Source: Seison nebaliae (lineage: Eukaryota). Taken from it: a stretch of DNA of 64,000 nucleotides. Location: positions 1-64,000 of the forward strand of contig JALJEE010003072.1 in assembly GCA_023231475.1 (NCBI GenBank), read 5' to 3'. The position numbers and the translations under genes were made by a program. Shown in pieces: positions 27,611 to 39,500 of the stretch. How positions within the stretch are numbered: position 1 is the stretch's first letter; each line of letters opens with the position of its first letter. The notes beneath the pieces were generated by a model. It saw only the letters and a list, made by a program, of their open reading frames with translations. It was not told the DNA's origin and did no database searches.

Positions 27611-28391
27611 ATGCAACGGTCACCGAATCGTCGACAATCGATAGTTATGTCGTCGTTGATGCCATTGTTGAAGTGGGCACAAGATGTGGATGAAATAAAG
27701 AGAAGTTCATACCATTGGAAACGGATATTTATCCTGTTGAATGAGTTGATTGAATGGAAGAGCAATTTTGCTCCTTTCATCATTTTCTTGTTGATCTCTG
27801 GAATTTTTGGGTTATCATCTTTCTCCACTTCTTCAACTTTTCATGAAAAGTATTTATAGAACGATAAAGGAGTATGAGTTGACAGTGTCCTCTTGCATTT
27901 TATGGTGTTCCCTCATATTTTTGAATGTGGATTTTCTTCTGTTGAAATTGCAGAATAAGTTTACAGAGTTATAATTTTTCAATTTTTTTAATGGAATTCT
28001 TAAACTTAATTCTTTTCCTATGTCATTCAGTAATGGGAAGAAGACGAATGAGAGAGAATACACGAACTTCTGTGAACGTATTTCACATTTGGGAGTTTAT
28101 CTCTTAAATTTTCTTATGAAACAATTAGAATTAAGACAAAAGAAGAAACAAGTCGTTAGATTAATTTCTTTCTTCAAACTCTCATATCTTTATTTGGAAT
28201 TTGAATATGAATAGTTTCTACTCATCTGGTTAACAATATTAGTAGGAAGCGCTTTCTTCTGTCATATATTCCACGATTTTTACATCACATATTTCTCCAT
28301 CTTATTCCTCTCCTTCATACCAGGAATACGTCAACGCAATCTATTCACCACATGCAAAAATCGACTCCGCCTACTAATGAGTTTAGATTAA
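27611..28391 (+). CDS. ARL6IP1: ARL6IP1-like ER-shaping membrane protein (4 exons)
   Basis: Introns 27811-27859, 27959-28030 and 28155-28214 give ...HWKRIFILLNELIEWKSNFAPFIIFLLISGIFG...EREYTNFCERI...FHDFYITYFSILFLSFIPGIRQRNL. This parallels ARL6IP1 (WGEVMLMADKVLRWERAWFP...RFHEICSNL...HNLLLTYLIVTSLLLLPGLNQHG). Confidence 0.75.
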
Positions 28392-30556
28392 CAATCATGC
28401 CCAAACCAATTAATCCAAACAACAACAACAACAATAAGAAGAAGATCGAATTAGAGCAACATTATTTCTTTATAAAGTCTCGTTATTTTTTCCTTTCAAA
28501 AATGTTTTCATATAAGAGACATGCAAAAATAAAATTGTCTTTCCCATTCTGTCTGTTATGGGGGATAATGGGAGAAGATGGAATAATGACAGAATGGAAA
28601 TTCTTCGTGACGTTCATTCGAGACGACGTGATGACATTATGATTTGGATGTAATGTCATTCATCGGAACTTATGATAGAAAATTTAAAATTTCCTTCCAC
28701 AATTCCATTTTCGTTTACTTTGAGTCAACACACTTCTTCCATGTTCGTTTCCTTTTCACTTCGACTAATCATATTCTGACGTGAATTTTATGACCTAATT
28801 TCTCCGTTCGCTCATCAAATCTTGAAGTAAGTCATTGAAATTCATTTGCATTCAATCTCCTCTTTCATTGTCATCATCATTAGACATCCGATGGTCCACC
28901 TCCATCTTTCCTTCTATTTCTCCTCCCCCAAACAAAAAAAAATGAAACCAGTTCACTTATTTAAGTTATAGTATTATTAAAAATAATAAAAATTCTTTCT
29001 TCTCATATCGACATATTTCCCATTCTTCAAATTTCAGTTTTCTGATTTATTTGGCAGTAGAATTGCATAAATCTGATGACAATCATCGATTATACTACTT
29101 TCTTCTGATAGTCAAATTCTCATGGAATTCTCCTTTATTCTCCCGTACGCGCATGCGCTCTATTTATTCTCCATTATTCAGATTTAAGAAATCGATAAAA
29201 CCAACTTTTTTCATGAAAGAGAAGAATGCAAATGAAATTTACTTTTTATGTCAACCGAATTCCAATTAATTGTTATTTAAACATCCGTTCACTATCAATA
29301 CTTCATCCATTTTCATCATAACACTACCAATTATTGGACTTGTTGCATTCGCATAAATTGACGAAATAATCATTCTTCAAATGTTTCCATTAGTTGTTTG
29401 GAAAGTTTTGAACGTGCAATTCTTATAATATATTGTTCACTATCGATTGTCCATAAATTCACAAATGAGATTAATCGAAATAAGAATAATAATTCTATCA
29501 GACGGAAGAAGAATATATCAATAATTTCTTTACACGACGAGAAGTTACGCACTAATCGTCCACTAACCTTTTTCTCGCACTTTTTTCCATTTCGTTACTT
29601 TCCTTATCGATTCTCATCAGTAATTATTCATTTGATTTCCTTTTCATTTATGTCTTTCTCCTACGAAGACGTAAGAATGAGTTGAGAATGATCATCCTCC
29701 GATGGAGAATATTGTTTTGGAGAAATCAATAGATCGGAATGAAGCAGAGCTTGTTTCATGCTTCATAGCGTCATAATGATTTGCTGTTTTCCTCCTCCTT
29801 CTTTTTGTCTCACAATCTTCTTCTTTCCAATTATCTTTTCAGTTTTCTCACAACAATACGTTTCTCTTCTTTCCAATTATGCACACTACGTTTATCCATT
29901 CTCGTCTTATCTCCAATATTTCTCCTTCTTCACCAAATGATTTCGAAGAGAAATATTAGGAAAACTCCATTTGAAATTCAACGAGATATTCTCCCAACTA
30001 AATTGGAAATAAAAGAGAAATATTCGGAACTTTCATTCTCCTCACTTATCATTCGAACATGATTATATTAGTCTGTTATTTAGTCATTAAATGAAAATGA
30101 GAGAATGTTGGAGAAAGGAGGAGGCAGAAAATAATCAAATTAAAAAAAACGAAAAATTTCCATTAAAAAATTTCATGTCTCACAATTGAAATAAGTTTGA
30201 AGTAAACAACTTCATTTTTAATATGGATAATTTGGTGCATCATATACTACATCTTTCCATTCGAACACATTAAGATTACAATGGGATTTCTGATGAAACG
30301 ATGGAATGGATTTAATCGACTTCTTCTAATAGAAACTTCATTCAATCTATTAATCAAATTAAAAGATTTGCCCACATTCCTTCCCCCACCATATTTACTT
30401 CCATCATTTATTCATGCAATCACATATTTTCCCATTATCTTCATTTTCCTAACCATTCTTCATTCGTATTCTCTTGTTGTGACAGAAAGAAAAAAAATAA
30501 AAGGAAATTTTAGAAAAAAAACGAAAATTTTTCATCAGAATTTTTAGATTTTGAAA

Positions 30557-30982
30557 ATGGGCAAAAATTATGTGCTGATGATTCTAGTAGCATTATTCTC
30601 CATTTTCCAACTACTTCACGCTTTCCCCAACAAAGACGAAGCTGTTCTCAATTCCAATAAACGAGTTGAAGTACCAACAAATGATGAGATGTTATCGGCA
30701 TTAAATCGATTCTACGACAATGAAGTCGATTCACATTTATTGGAAGTGTTGAAGCAATTATGGGAAGAGGATGAGCCACATATGTGGAAACGTGCATTTG
30801 CAGCTTTGCGTGGTAAACGTGAAAGAAATGATGAATATCCATCAAATTTCAAACGAGCATTTCAAATGATGAGAGGACGACGAAATCCATCAAGTTTCAC
30901 ATTTCCTTCTAACAACAAACTTTTTCATTTAATTTCAATAGTCGAAGAGAATAAACGAGCATTTGCTGCATTGCGTGGTTGA
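30557..30982 (+). CDS. Amidated neuropeptide precursor, tachykinin-related (AFAALR-amide x2, AFQMMR-amide)
   Basis: Signal peptide MGKNYVLMILVALFSIFQLLHA, an acidic spacer, then KR-AFAALR-G-KR, KR-AFQMMR-G-RR and KR-AFAALR-G-stop. Likely 48-bp in-frame intron at 30894-30941. Confidence 0.8.
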   Translation: MGKNYVLMILVALFSIFQLLHAFPNKDEAVLNSNKRVEVPTNDEMLSALNRFYDNEVDSHLLEVLKQLWEEDEPHMWKRAFAALRGKRERNDEYPSNFKRAFQMMRGRRNPSSFTFPSNNKLFHLISIVEENKRAFAALRG

Positions 30983-31184
30983 GAATATTTATTATTATTA
31001 TTATTATTATTAACAAGATCAATAAATAAAACTTTAATTTGTCTATATAGTGGCTCATTCACACATGTTCAGTGAAAAACGATTTAGTTTTCATTATTTC
31101 ATTTAAAATTAAATTTCCATAAATTCTTCTTATTTGGTTTCTCTTTTTTAATTCTTCCAAAAATATTCCAAATAAAAAGAAAAT

Positions 31185-32871
31185 TCAATTCAACGAGGAG
31201 AATGATGAGAAATAACAGGCTAATTCCGTCGTATCGTTTGCTGCGTGACGACTTAGCATCGAATTCTTATCATACATTGATTGTACACGAATGGAAGTCA
31301 TCGATGTGTTCATTTCATCATCACTCGTCAACTTTTTCTTCGTGCGAACTTTCGACGTTGCCGGTCGTTGTTTCCGATGTTTCTTTGGTAGTTTTATATC
31401 ACAATCTTGTTCGATCAAATTCGAATAATATTTCAATGTGGATGGGGCAGTCTGTGCGAAACGTTGTGTCAATGGCAACACTGAACAACTATTGGTTATC
31501 TTCTTATATTTCGGTTTGTCTACATTTTTCGCTTGTAATTCGATCGAAGGAAATTCATTATAAGCAACAATTCGACCATCTTTCCCATTCTGGTGTTTTA
31601 TTCTTTCGATTTCTCTCAATTTCTCTCGATTACCCTTCATCGTTTTCAATTGCTCCTCAATCAAATGTTCATATTTCACTTCTCTTAATAATTTATCAAG
31701 CTCATCCGGCTCTTCTTTTCTTTCCACTTTCTCTTCATTAAATTTCGATAAATATTTCAAGTTGCATAAAACGTCACTTTGAAAGCAACCGGTTAGATCG
31801 AGAACTTTCTTATAATTCGCTTGCAACAACTTAGAAACGTAAGGATTGTACAAAGAATTACCAAAGAATCTAACTCGATACTCTTCAATAATCTCGTCAT
31901 TCTTCTTCTTATAAATCTCCATTTCCTCTTCTAAATGTTTTATGCTAAAAATAATTTTCAGTAATTTTTAAGCACCTAAACTATTCTAAGCTTAACTGTT
32001 CTTTAAATTCCTTTTCATTTGTGTGCCATTGCTTCGTAAGAATCTCCTTCTCCTCATTCCACTTCCATCGTTCTTTCACCAACTCCTTCTTCAACTTCTC
32101 CTCTGATCTTTTATTCCAACGCGCCTATAAAACAAATCGATCTGGATTATGAGGAGAACACACGGAAAATTTTCATTTTCTTTAACAATTTCATTCTGCC
32201 TTCGTTCCTCATATTGCTCATGAATTTTTTTCAAACATTTTGAATGAATCTCATACTCCAACTCTTTCGTCAATTCTTCAATTCTCTAAAAAAAAATCGA
32301 TTTTTCATTTTCCATAAAATAAATAAATAAGGAAAAACTTTATGGAATTTCTCTTCATTCGCTACCTCTTTCTCTCTCAACACTTTCTCCAACTCATCTT
32401 TATATTTCTTTTCATATTCCGATTGAAGCTGACCAATTTTCTTGTAGTTTCGATCAGTGACATTCTTCATTTCCGTCTTATGATTCTGAATGAAGGAGAA
32501 TTGATATTTGAACACATAAAGGAATATGTTTTAGTGTTGATAACTTCTTTCAATCGATTTATTTCTTTATCGAATTTCTGAAGATCGTCTGCTCGAATTT
32601 GTTGATATTTCTCTTCTTTTTCAAGTAGTCCATTCTCCAATTCTTTCTCATAATACTTTAACAATTTTTGTTTTTCTTCTAATAACTTCTCTTCAAATGC
32701 TTTCTGATTACGTTTATTGAGAAACACTATTTCCTTTTCACCAATCTCTTTTTTTTTCCAATAAAAATAAAACAAATGAAATTACTTTTTTATTTTTTTT
32801 TGTTTCTAACCAATTATTGTTCGATGTGTCAATTCTAATGGAGCATTATGACGAAATTTTAATTTATCCAT
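31185..32871 (-). CDS. Coiled-coil protein of unknown function (about 5 exons)
   Basis: ATG at 32871 (MDKLKFRHNAPLELTHRTII|EIGEKE...). Four short GTT..AG introns join E/K-rich coiled-coil exons in frame. The 3' end is uncertain. Weak resemblance of the N-terminus to C6orf163-type proteins is unverified. Confidence 0.6.
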
Positions 32872-34202
32872 AAATCGAAATTTTCGAAGACGAAACTAGA
32901 AACGAATGAAATACTTTTCTCAACTTCTTATTATTGTTGGAAAGAAGAAATCTGGCGGAATTTCATTGACAGTTTATTGTTGAAAGGAAATAGAAGTTAA
33001 ATTATTTTGATAAAGTTTCAAGAATAACTTTCCTCCTTTTTTGTCAATTCGGATGTGTAGAACGCTTTCAGAAAAAATCAACTACGATTCCCAAGGAAAC
33101 ATCTGCCAATTCAATAAGAAAACAAGAATGTTACGGATATACGAGAAATAGTAGAAGAAGACGGAGAAGTGGCAAAGTAATTACTTTATTTATTTAATTT
33201 CAATAAATATATCAACATCAAATTCCTACTTCTTCTTTTCAAATATCGAATACGTGTGCCACGACAAGTTTCCATCAAATATTGCATTATTTCGTCGAGA
33301 TCCATGTAAACTGAAAGTAATAAATTCTGAATGGCGGAAACAAGCCAAATAACTATTCTTCTTTCATACAACTGAAATAAAACAATCAAATGTTTTTCCT
33401 CCATAAATGAATTCCCCACATTCTTACCATTTGCTTGTATGAAACTATATATTCAACTAAATCCCAATGGATTTCTATTCACATGGAAATCTCATTCAGA
33501 CTCTGTTTAGAAACCATATTATTAATCAAATTTATCCGCAAACCAGAATCAAACAAAAAAGTTTCCTCAAATTCTTCTAATGCTTCTAGTGGTCAATCTC
33601 ATTCTTTCTGTAATAGCACAATTTTTATTTTCTATTTCGAATTCGCCAATTTTTATTAAAATTATAAATAATTAATTAGTTATAATTAATATTGATAGTT
33701 AACTAGAAATATTCATAATTATAAACCACTAGAAATATTTAGGAAATAAACATTAATCAATTTTCACCATATTATTTCTGATTTTTGGCACGACTATCTG
33801 ATAATTTGATCATAGTCGACCTAAACCTGAAAAGAAAACCTAGGTGAAAAAAAAACCTATCAGCGGGGTTTAGTTGGGAAAAAATTGTCTAACAATTTCA
33901 ACACGAAAGGAAAAAGCCTAAAGAATTAAAATAGTTGGCTTATATTTGACGTGTCAAATAGTTTTTCTTATTACATACACGTATCGAAGGATAAATTAGT
34001 CGGAGAAAGGCCAAATTTTCCAATTTTATTTATAGTTCATTTGACTGCCTAGCACAAAGTGAACAATTCTCAACTTTTTTCAGGTACACCTTCAAAATAT
34101 GTTGTACCATTTAGTCATTTTGAACAAGTATAATTTACAATTCATTTTCGTACACATCTAATTTTACAGTTTTCATCTTCTATTAGATAGTTTTTTTCCA
34201 AC

Positions 34203-35540
34203 ATGCCGAAACGTAATCAAAACCATTGGCGATCAACTTTGTTGCCGACGACAGAAGGAGTACCTCTGAGTATCACCGACATATCGGTTATAGGAAAGGA
34301 TGATGAAGATCTGGTTTCTTCGGATATTGAGAACAAAGAGAATATTTGTTCGGGAACTGAAAACGTGGAAGAGCGGAAACAAGTCGAAAAGGATGTTGAA
34401 AGAAAAGAAACAATTATTGTAGATGAAACGGACACGTTGGAAGAATCGGAAGAAGAAGAAGGTGAGTCAATATATCTCTTGGATAAAGATAACGTGGTAA
34501 CTCAAACGAATTGGTTCTGTCGGTGGAAAAGAGAATTCTGGGATCAAACACCCCTTACACATATTATCATTACCATTCTGGCTCTAATACAGGTGTACCA
34601 ATTGATAAAAATTTATAAAATTCACATAATGATGTTCGAAACAATAATGATGATCCAATCGTTATTGATGGAAATGATAAATTATTGCATTGCAATAATT
34701 AGAAAAAATTCCAAATTGATTTCCAATTTTATTCAAAATATTGAATGGAGGGGAGGAGTCGTAATGTTTTATGGATTTATAACAAACATAATTTTCAATA
34801 AGACAATGTTAAATTGTTTTAGACGATCGTGGCACCTGACCACAAAATCGATAAAAGAAATAATATTCTTTGTGGAAATGATGGGAAAAAATTCCATTGA
34901 ATTTTTTAAGATTTTATTATTAATTATTTTTCGTATGGAATATGCCGTTACCATTTTCGGTTCGGTACTTATTTCACTCGTCCTATCAAATTTCATCAAT
35001 AAAAGAAAAGAAATCGTTTTTGTGAATGATGCTACGGAAAGGCAAACATACGGTGAAAATGTTATTGTAGCGAATGAGAATGAAGATTGTTTAGAAGAAT
35101 TACCAGTGGGCAATGTAAATGATGTTACGAATGATGCCAATCATTTTGGATCTCATGGCGATGACACCAACACAGGATGTGGTCAAGGAACAATTATTTT
35201 ACTTCCATCACCAAGACGAAATATGGAATCTTCGGAGGACGAATGTGAATTATCAAATGGAAAGAGAAAGTCGGAAAAATATGGAATTCCATCACCCATA
35301 GTCCTCGAATTCTCACGGAGACGATCGAATTCAACGGTGGATATTAATGAATTACTTGTGAAGAAAAACATTGTACCTCTCTCAAAAATAATCGTTTCTC
35401 CCAAATTATGTTATTACGAATTCGTAAGTGTGGAAATGATGGATGAAGTAAGAATTCAATTGAAAGATGTGAAGGAAATTCAAATGAAAAAAGTAACACC
35501 TCGTTGTTATAGAATGTTGCAAAATAAATATTTGTCATAA
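34203..35540 (+). CDS. Intronless 445-aa uncharacterised protein with central hydrophobic segments
   Basis: Long ORF in AT-rich DNA with an acidic N-terminus and several hydrophobic stretches (about aa 118-165 and 230-265). AATAAA lies about 60 nt after the stop. Confidence 0.65.
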   Translation: MPKRNQNHWRSTLLPTTEGVPLSITDISVIGKDDEDLVSSDIENKENICSGTENVEERKQVEKDVERKETIIVDETDTLEESEEEEGESIYLLDKDNVVTQTNWFCRWKREFWDQTPLTHIIITILALIQVYQLIKIYKIHIMMFETIMMIQSLLMEMINYCIAIIRKNSKLISNFIQNIEWRGGVVMFYGFITNIIFNKTMLNCFRRSWHLTTKSIKEIIFFVEMMGKNSIEFFKILLLIIFRMEYAVTIFGSVLISLVLSNFINKRKEIVFVNDATERQTYGENVIVANENEDCLEELPVGNVNDVTNDANHFGSHGDDTNTGCGQGTIILLPSPRRNMESSEDECELSNGKRKSEKYGIPSPIVLEFSRRRSNSTVDINELLVKKNIVPLSKIIVSPKLCYYEFVSVEMMDEVRIQLKDVKEIQMKKVTPRCYRMLQNKYLS

Positions 35541-36507
35541 AAGGACAATTAAAATTTGACATTCATTTATATCGTTCATTTTGTAGTAATTCGGTTCAAT
35601 AAAATTCTTCTTATAAAACTCTAATAAAACTAAAAATTATTTATAAGTTCTTGATAAAATTCTCTTTCAATTCAACAAGGAAATATTTTTAATTTATCAC
35701 ATATCAATTGACATGGAATGAACTGTTGAAAAATTATAATTCATTCTATTATTAAGACACGATATATTAAACTAATTATCAAGGAAGAACTGATGGAATG
35801 GACATGTTGAAGTTTTAACAATTTCAATTTGAGATTTTTAAAAGAAATTCATAATATTTTTTAATTTGATAATATAGTTTTTAGATGTTCGTTAATGACA
35901 GTCATTTCCGTTGAACAATTAGAGACAGGAAAGGAGAGACGTTAGAGAATCGAATGAAGATTAATTTGACGAAATGGATTGTGATTGAAATAAACGAATA
36001 ATAATAATTATATAATTGAGAAGTTTCTTCTTTTGTAAACAAAAATAAAATAGATTATATTTAGAAGCAGTTTGGATATTCGATCCGAATAAAGACGAAA
36101 GAAAAATTCTTCAGGAGCAACTTCTTCAACTCAAATTTAAAGAATTGGATTGAAAGTGTTTCTGATCAATTTTCCTTTTCTGTTCGAAATGTTCGATCAA
36201 TAATTTCACACCGTGATGGCAGCAAATGATGATAGGGGGATGATGAATATTAATGACAATTATTATTAATTAAAACAAAAATAAAATAAATTCATTCAAT
36301 CAACAAATCAGTCGTTGTCGCAAATTAATTATTTGTCCACAAATGACACGATATATAATAAGAGTTTGTGAAAATAATTGCCTTTTTTTTTCAGATGCAT
36401 TTCTTCATCTGATGAGATATTGATCGCAATTTCATACATCTTTTTCTGTGTGTGCGCTATGTGTGTGTTTGTGTGTGTGTGTGTTGTGTATTTGTGCAAT
36501 ATTTCGA

Positions 36508-39500
36508 TTAGAATAAAGCACAAAGTTTCTTCATTTCAATACGACGCCATGACGGCAATTTGACGAAATCACTTTTGTGCATCTCAAATAATCTGAAGAA
36601 ATCTTCATTTCTCAAATACATCTGGAAAGAGAGAGAGAGAGAATAAAAGAAAGAGAAATATTGCGAGGAAAATCGAACTTCTAATTGTTGTCGATTAATA
36701 TTTCTTTTTCGTAATTCTTTAATGTCACTTTTGAGTTGAAGGATTTGAGGATAAGAATAATTCTTAGAGGAAGAAGATTAGATGAAAAAATTTATAGAAA
36801 ATAAAATTAAACTCCATTGATGCATAGTTGGGGAGTAGATTTAGCGGCTGGTGTGCCCAAAACGGATGTGCAATTCATATCGATAACTTCGCCATCCTCA
36901 TCCTGATAAAGTTCTTCATTCTCTTGAAGAATTTCTGTCAACTATTTTGGGAAAATTGAGGAATAAAAATGAAATTGAAACGAACTTTATCATCGTTCTC
37001 CCGATAAGCTGGTGGGAGCGATCGACAGTCACGAGTCGATTGTGGTTTCGACGAATACATTGCGCGATGACGTTGATCTAGTATGTAGATATATGAAATG
37101 TGAATAAAAAGTGAAATATGAAATGAAAGGAACAAGCATAATCAGTATATGGAAGTTGATGGAATCGATATCCGACTGGTGATAGAACACCGTTGGGTTG
37201 AACACGATAAGAAGAATTGCGAACATTCTTTGAAATGATGGGACGAACAATTCGTTCATAACGACTGGGTGATGTCTTATAATGATATGGATAATTGAGT
37301 GGAATACTTGAGGCATCATGAGTAGCATCATTGGTTCGAGATGATAAGATTGGATCATTACCATCACCAAATTTATTCACATTCTCTTCATATTCCTCAT
37401 TGTCATTGAGATTAATTTCAAAATTATTTTGGGTATTCACTGAAAGTTGTTGATTGACATCATCTAAATTATTCATATCCGTTTCCACTGATTGACGAAA
37501 ACGTTGAGTTTGCCGTTCAGCTTCCAATCGTTCGTGAACGAAATTCTTCTCTTCTTTCAATGATCGAATAAAAACACGAGCAAATGGATTCTTCTCTACA
37601 CATTTCTCTAACATCTTTATTCGTTCAATCTTCTTCTTCTCAATAATTTCCAATTGTTTTATATTCTCTTTCGTTTCTTCATCAATCTCATCATCAGAAA
37701 TAATGGCACCATCATGATATGGTTGTATCATACATTGATGTCCATTATCTGCTGTCAATCGTCGAGTATGTGATGAATATTTCGATTCTTCCTCTTTCTT
37801 CCATTCGATACTCTTCTTTTTGTTGACGTCATCATTCTCCGTTAAATAATAATCACAACTGAGAATTGGCGTGTAAGGAGGAGCGGGCCAATCGGTTGTT
37901 TCTATTGTGGGTACTTGATTAGGGAGTGGTGGAGCTCCCTCAGCGAAACGTGATAGATGAACAGGATCATCATATTTCTTTCGCTGTTGAATTCCTGTTT
38001 CTCGAAGTGAAAGATTTCCATAATTTCTCGAATTTGTCGAATGTGGAGGAAGGAAACAGTTGGGACGTTTATGAACACATTCGCTCAATGTTCGAGAAGA
38101 ACGAGTGACTAGAGCATTGGTTGCATTAGCTGTTGGTGTGATTGGCGATTGGGAATAATGTTCTAACATTCGTCTCTTCACTGTATTCTCCAATTCTAGA
38201 AATGATTAAATAAATTTTCATATGGAAAATGAGGAAGAAAAGAAGAATATTAACGTTTCTTTCTCAAATCGTCAGTGATGGTTCTATAGAAATTTTTTGC
38301 TTCTATGAAAAGAGACATGAAACAAGTTGAAATGAAAGAGAATGATGTTTACGTCTGGAGAAAGATATCGATCCTTCAATAATAATAATAATAATAATAA
38401 TGTGAGAAAAGAAGAAAGAATCTTTAAAAAAAAAAAACAGTTCCAATTATCAATTAACGAGAAGAATGAAGATATTCGACACTTCAATCAGATGAGAGAA
38501 TGAAAAAGAAGAAAAAAACAGGAAAGATATCGATAAAGACAGATGTCATCGATTGAGACATCTCTATAATCGGAAATGGATTATAAGAGATATCGTAGGA
38601 AGAGAAGAAGAAGAAGAAGAAGAAACGATTCGGCGAAAATAAGAAATAGAAATATCTTAATTCTATTTTATGCATCAATACTTTTCAATAAACAATTTCT
38701 TCTTTTTCTTTCAATTTCTTTCAATTTCCACAATTTCTTTCCTCCCACTCTCCACATAGCTCAATAATGACAACAACAACAACAGACAACAAGTTGAGTC
38801 GAAATAAAATTAACAGAGTTGAAATGAGTGGAGAATGGAGTGGAGAAAATATGAAGGAAGAATTTAAAAGAGAAAAATAATTAAAATTGAATGATGAAGA
38901 GAATGATCAATATATCGAGCCACAATTAGATTCGATTGATTGCACGAGAAGATGACAATTCTTTCATCTGTTTAATTATTTCATATCCATCACATGAACT
39001 AGATGACAACGACGAAACGACAGAATGAATGATGGGAGAGGAGAATGTAAACATTTACCAATCATTTGCCCGCTATTATTACATGATCGATCGAAAGATG
39101 TGAAAGTTTCGGTCGACGAAATTGAAAGACGAAATTTGTGATGAAAGAAAAGAAGAGTTCACTACACAATATTTCTTCTGGCTCGACTCGTATTCTTTCC
39201 TACCTCCCTCTCTCCCTCTCTGCCACTTCGACGATAATGATGAAAGGAAGAAGAAGAAGAAGAAGAAGAAGAAGTTCGTTGATCAATTCTCACGTAAGTG
39301 AATTGACCGTAATCCTTTAACTAAAAAAACTAAAACAATAATAATAATGAGACTAAAGTAAACCACATCGGATAAGAATATGATGTTTTATGGTGAATGA
39401 ATGAATGAATGAAGAAAACAAATAAAAACGAATTCATCTCATACAATTTCATATTCTACTACCTCTCTCCCTCCCAGCTCGCTCCTCATTCATTCTCTCC

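Noticed and set aside
32900..33540. Possible small spliced gene between the coiled-coil gene and the orphan ORF
   Set aside because: No consistent exon chain on either strand could be built; left unannotated.
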